From Balanoglossus misakiensis (lineage: Eukaryota; Animalia; Hemichordata), in contig CM082580.2 in assembly GCA_040954595.2 (NCBI GenBank), positions 1,602,783-1,666,782 on the forward strand: a stretch of 64,000 bases of DNA, written 5' to 3'. The translations under genes were made by a program, and so were the position numbers. Shown here piece after piece: positions 60,201 through 64,000 of this stretch (position 1 is the first letter of the stretch; every line of letters starts with the position of its first letter). Under the pieces are notes generated by a model, which worked only from the letters and a program-made list of their open reading frames with translations, was not told the DNA's origin and made no database searches.

Positions 60201-63200
60201 TTTCCCCTAATGCAAAGAATCACATTCAATGTCACCATTGCATTAGCAATTTTAAATTACAGTGTTTTTGGCCATGTATTAACCTATGGATTTGCAATTA
60301 ACTTTAAATCCCCATATGCGTTATATTCCAATGTCAAGTGAAGGGCTTGAAACACCATCTATCCTGATGCATCATCAAGCTTGCTTCACAATTTACCCTG
60401 ATGCAAAAAATCACATTCAGCGTCACCATTTCATTAGCAATGTCAAATTACAGTGCTTATTGCCACGTATTAACCTGGGAATTTACAGACAACTTTAAAT
60501 ACCCATGCATATACATTAAATACCTATGTCAAAGTGCAGAGCTTGCATCACCATTTACTCTGATGCACCATTAGGCTTGCTACGCCATTTCCCCTAATGC
60601 AAAGAATCACATTCAATGTCACCATTGCATTAGCAATTTTAAATTACAGTGTTTTTGGCCATGTATTAACCTATGGATTTGCAATTAACTTTAAATCCCC
60701 ATATGCGTTATATTCCAATGTCAAGTGAAGGGCTTGAAACACCATCTATCCTGATGCATCATCAAGCTTGCTTCACAATTTACCCTGATGCAAAAAATCA
60801 CATTCAGCGTCACCATTTCATTAGCAATGTCAAATTACAGTGCTTATTGCCACGTATTAACCTGGGAATTTACAGACAACTTTAAATACCCATGCATATA
60901 CATTAAATACCTATGTCAAAGTGCAGAGCTTGCATCACCATCTACTCTGATGCATCATTAGGTTTGCATCGCCATTCCCCCTAATGCAAAGAATCAGATT
61001 CAATGTCACCCTTGCATTAGCAATTTTAAATTACAGTGCTTTTGGACATGTATTAACCTAGGGATTTTCAATCAACTTTAAATCCCCATATGCGTTATAT
61101 TCCATTGTCAATGTGAAGGGCTTGAAACACCATCTGTCCTGATGCATCATCAAGCTTGCTTCACAATTTACCCCGATGGAAAGAATCAGATTTAATGTCA
61201 CGGTAGCATTAGCAATGTCAAACTACAGTGCTTATGGCCACGTATCAACCTGGGGATTTACAATCAACTTTAAATCCCCATATGCGTTATATTCCAATGT
61301 CAATGTGAAGGGCTTGAAATACCATCTACCCTGATCCATCATCAAGCTGCTTCCCCATTTGCCCTGATGCAAAGAATCAGATATAGTGTCAACATTGCAT
61401 TAGCAATGTCAAATTACAGTGCTTTTGGACACGTATTAACACAGGGATTTATAATCTACTTGAAATCCCTATATGCTTTTTATACCCATGTCTAAGCGAA
61501 GTGTTTGCATCACTATCTACTGTGATGCATTATCAAGCATGCTTCGCCATTTACGCTGATGCAAAGAATCAGATTCAATGTCACCATTGCATTAGCAATG
61601 TCAAATTACTGTGCTTTTGGCCATGTATAAACATCGGGATTTATAATCAACTTGAAATCCCCATATGCTTTTTATACCCATGTCAAAGCGAAGTGTTTGC
61701 ATCACTATCTACAGTAATGCATCGTCAAGCATGCTTCGCCATTTGCCCTAATGCAAAGAATCACATTAAATGTCACTGTTGCATTCGCAATGTCAAATTA
61801 CTGTGCTTTTGGCCACGTATTAACCTGGCGATTTACAGTCAACTTTAAATCCCCATATGCATTATATTCCAATGTCAATGTGAAGGGCTTGAAAAACCAT
61901 CTACCCTGATGCATCATCAAGTTTGTTTCGCCATTAACCCTGATGCAAATAATCAGTGTCACCATAGCATTAGCAATGGCAAATAAAAGTGCTTTCGGCC
62001 ACATATTAACCCAGGGATTTATAATCAACTTGAAATCCCCATATGAATTTTATACCTATGTCAAAGCGAAGTGCTTGCATCAATATCTACCGTGATGCAT
62101 CATCAAGCTTGCTTCGCCATTTGCCCTAATGCAAAGAATCAGATTCAATGTCACCCTTGCATTAGCAATGTCAAATTACAGTTCGTTTGGCCGTATACTA
62201 ACCTGGGGATTTACAATCAACTTTAAATCCCCATATGCATTATATTCTAATGTCAATGTGAAGGGCTTGAAACACCATCTATCCTGATGCATCATCAAGC
62301 TTGCTTCACCATTTTCCCTGATGCAAAGAATCAGATTTAGTATCACGGTAGCATTAGCAATGTCAAATTACAGTGCCTATGGCCACGTATTAACCTCGGG
62401 ATGTACGGACAACTTTAAATACCCTTGCATATACATTTAATACCTATGTCAAAATGCAGAGCTTGCATCACCATATACTCCAATGCATTATTAAGCTTGC
62501 TTCGCCATTTTCCCTGATGCAAAGAATCAGATTAAATGTCACCGTTGTATTAGCAATGTCAAATTAAAGTGCTTTTGGACTTGTATTAACCCAGGGATTT
62601 ACAGTCAACTTTTAATCCCCCTGTATACATTTTAAACCCCGGTGTCAAAGTTTAGTGATTGCATCACCATTGACCCTGGTGCATCATCAAGCATTCTTCA
62701 GAATTTGCCCTGATGCAAAGAATCAGATTCAATGTCACCCTTGCATTAGCAATTTTAAATTACAGTGCTTTTGGACATGTATTAACCTAGGGATTTACAG
62801 TCAACATTAAATACCCATGCACATGCATTAAATACCTATGTCAAAATGCATAGCTTGCATCACCATCTACTCCAATGCATCATTAAGCTTGCTTAGCCAT
62901 TTCCCCTAATGCAAAGAATTACATTCAATGTCACCATTTCATTAGCAATGTCAAATTACAGTGCTTTTGGATGCGTATTAACCCAAGGATTTGTAATCAA
63001 CTTGAAATCCCCATATGCATTTAATACCCATGTCAAAGTGAACTGTTTGCATCACTATCTACCGTGATGCATCATCAAGCCTGCATCGCCATTTACCCTT
63101 ATGCATAGAATCAGATTCAATGTCACCGTTGCATTAGCAATGTCAAATAAAAGTGCTTTTGGCCATTATTAACCTAGGGATTTACAATCAACTTTAAATC

Positions 63201-64000
63201 CCCATATGCATTATATTCAAAAGTCAATGTGAAGGGCTTGGAACACCATCTATCCTGATGCATCATCACGTTTGCTTCACCATTTATCCATATTCAATGT
63301 CACCCTTGCATTAGTAATTTTAAATTACAGTGCTTTTGGCCATGTATTAACCTCGGGATTTAGAGTCAACTTTAAATATCAATGCGCATGCATTAAATAC
63401 CCATGTCAAAGTGAAGTGTTTGCATCACTATCTACTGAGATGCATCATCAAGCTTGCATCGCCATTTACCCTGATGCAAAGACTCAGATTCAATATCATC
63501 GTTGCATTAGCAATGTCAAATTACAGTGCTTATGGCCACGTATTAACCTGAGGATTTACAGTCAACATTAAATCCCCATATGCATTATATTCAAAAGTCA
63601 ATGTGAAGGGCTTGGAACACCATCTATCCTGATGCATCATCACGTTTGCTTCACCATTTATCCATATTCAATGTCACCCTTGCATTAGTAATTTTAAATT
63701 ACAGTGCTTTTGGCCATGTATTAACCTCGGGATTTAGAGTCAACTTTAAATATCAATGCGCATGCATTAAATACCCATGTCAAAGTGAAGTGTTTGCATC
63801 ACTATCTACTGAGATGCATCATCAAGCTTGCATCGCCATTTACCCTGATGCAAAGACTCAGATTCAATATCATCGTTGCATTAGCAATGTCAAATTACAG
63901 TGCTTATGGCCACGTATTAACCTGAGGATTTACAGTCAACATTAAATACCCATGCATATGCATTAAATACCTATGTCAAAGTGCAGAGCTTGCATCACCA
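54250..64000 (+). repeat. Satellite B, ~193-bp monomer with higher-order duplications
   Basis: Monomer GCATTAGCAATGTCAAATTACAGTGCTTTTGGCCA..ATTAACCTGGGGATTTACAATCAACTTTAAATCCCCATATGC..GATGCATCATCAAGCTTGCTTCGCCATTT..GCAAAGAATCAGATTCAATGTCACC; period ~193 bp (56884 to 57077); runs off the window end. Confidence 0.97.

Noticed and set aside
54384-63945. Repeated MHHQ.../MQRIRF... ORFs
   Set aside because: Translations of satellite B monomers.

Overview
Repeat-saturated eukaryotic DNA, probably a marine invertebrate (inferred from spliceosomal introns, satellites and element types). No intact host gene is recognisable. Layout: (1) 1-13300 is a 78-bp satellite that flips strand at a spacerless palindrome (6765/6766) and carries an Academ-type insertion (7699-10847, ACT TSD). 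(2) A ~2-kb segment is duplicated (14286-16253 and 31185-33153) around a MITE cluster and a decayed Gmr1-type Gypsy element (gag-PR-INT-RT order). (3) Nested in that element is a 5.57-kb DNA transposon (21992-27562, 3-bp TGT TSD). It has bipartite CACTRC-N20-TGGGCAGTATT ends, a spliced RAG1/Transib-like DDE transposase and a convergent intact 216-aa ORF of unknown family. This is the most interesting object in the window. (4) 38326-50016 is a truncated multi-exon Kolobok transposon whose introns hold a young Mag-like LTR retrotransposon and MITEs. (5) SINEs, local segmental duplications and a ~193-bp satellite (54250-64000) fill the rest. Family assignments come from motifs recognised by eye, not database searches.
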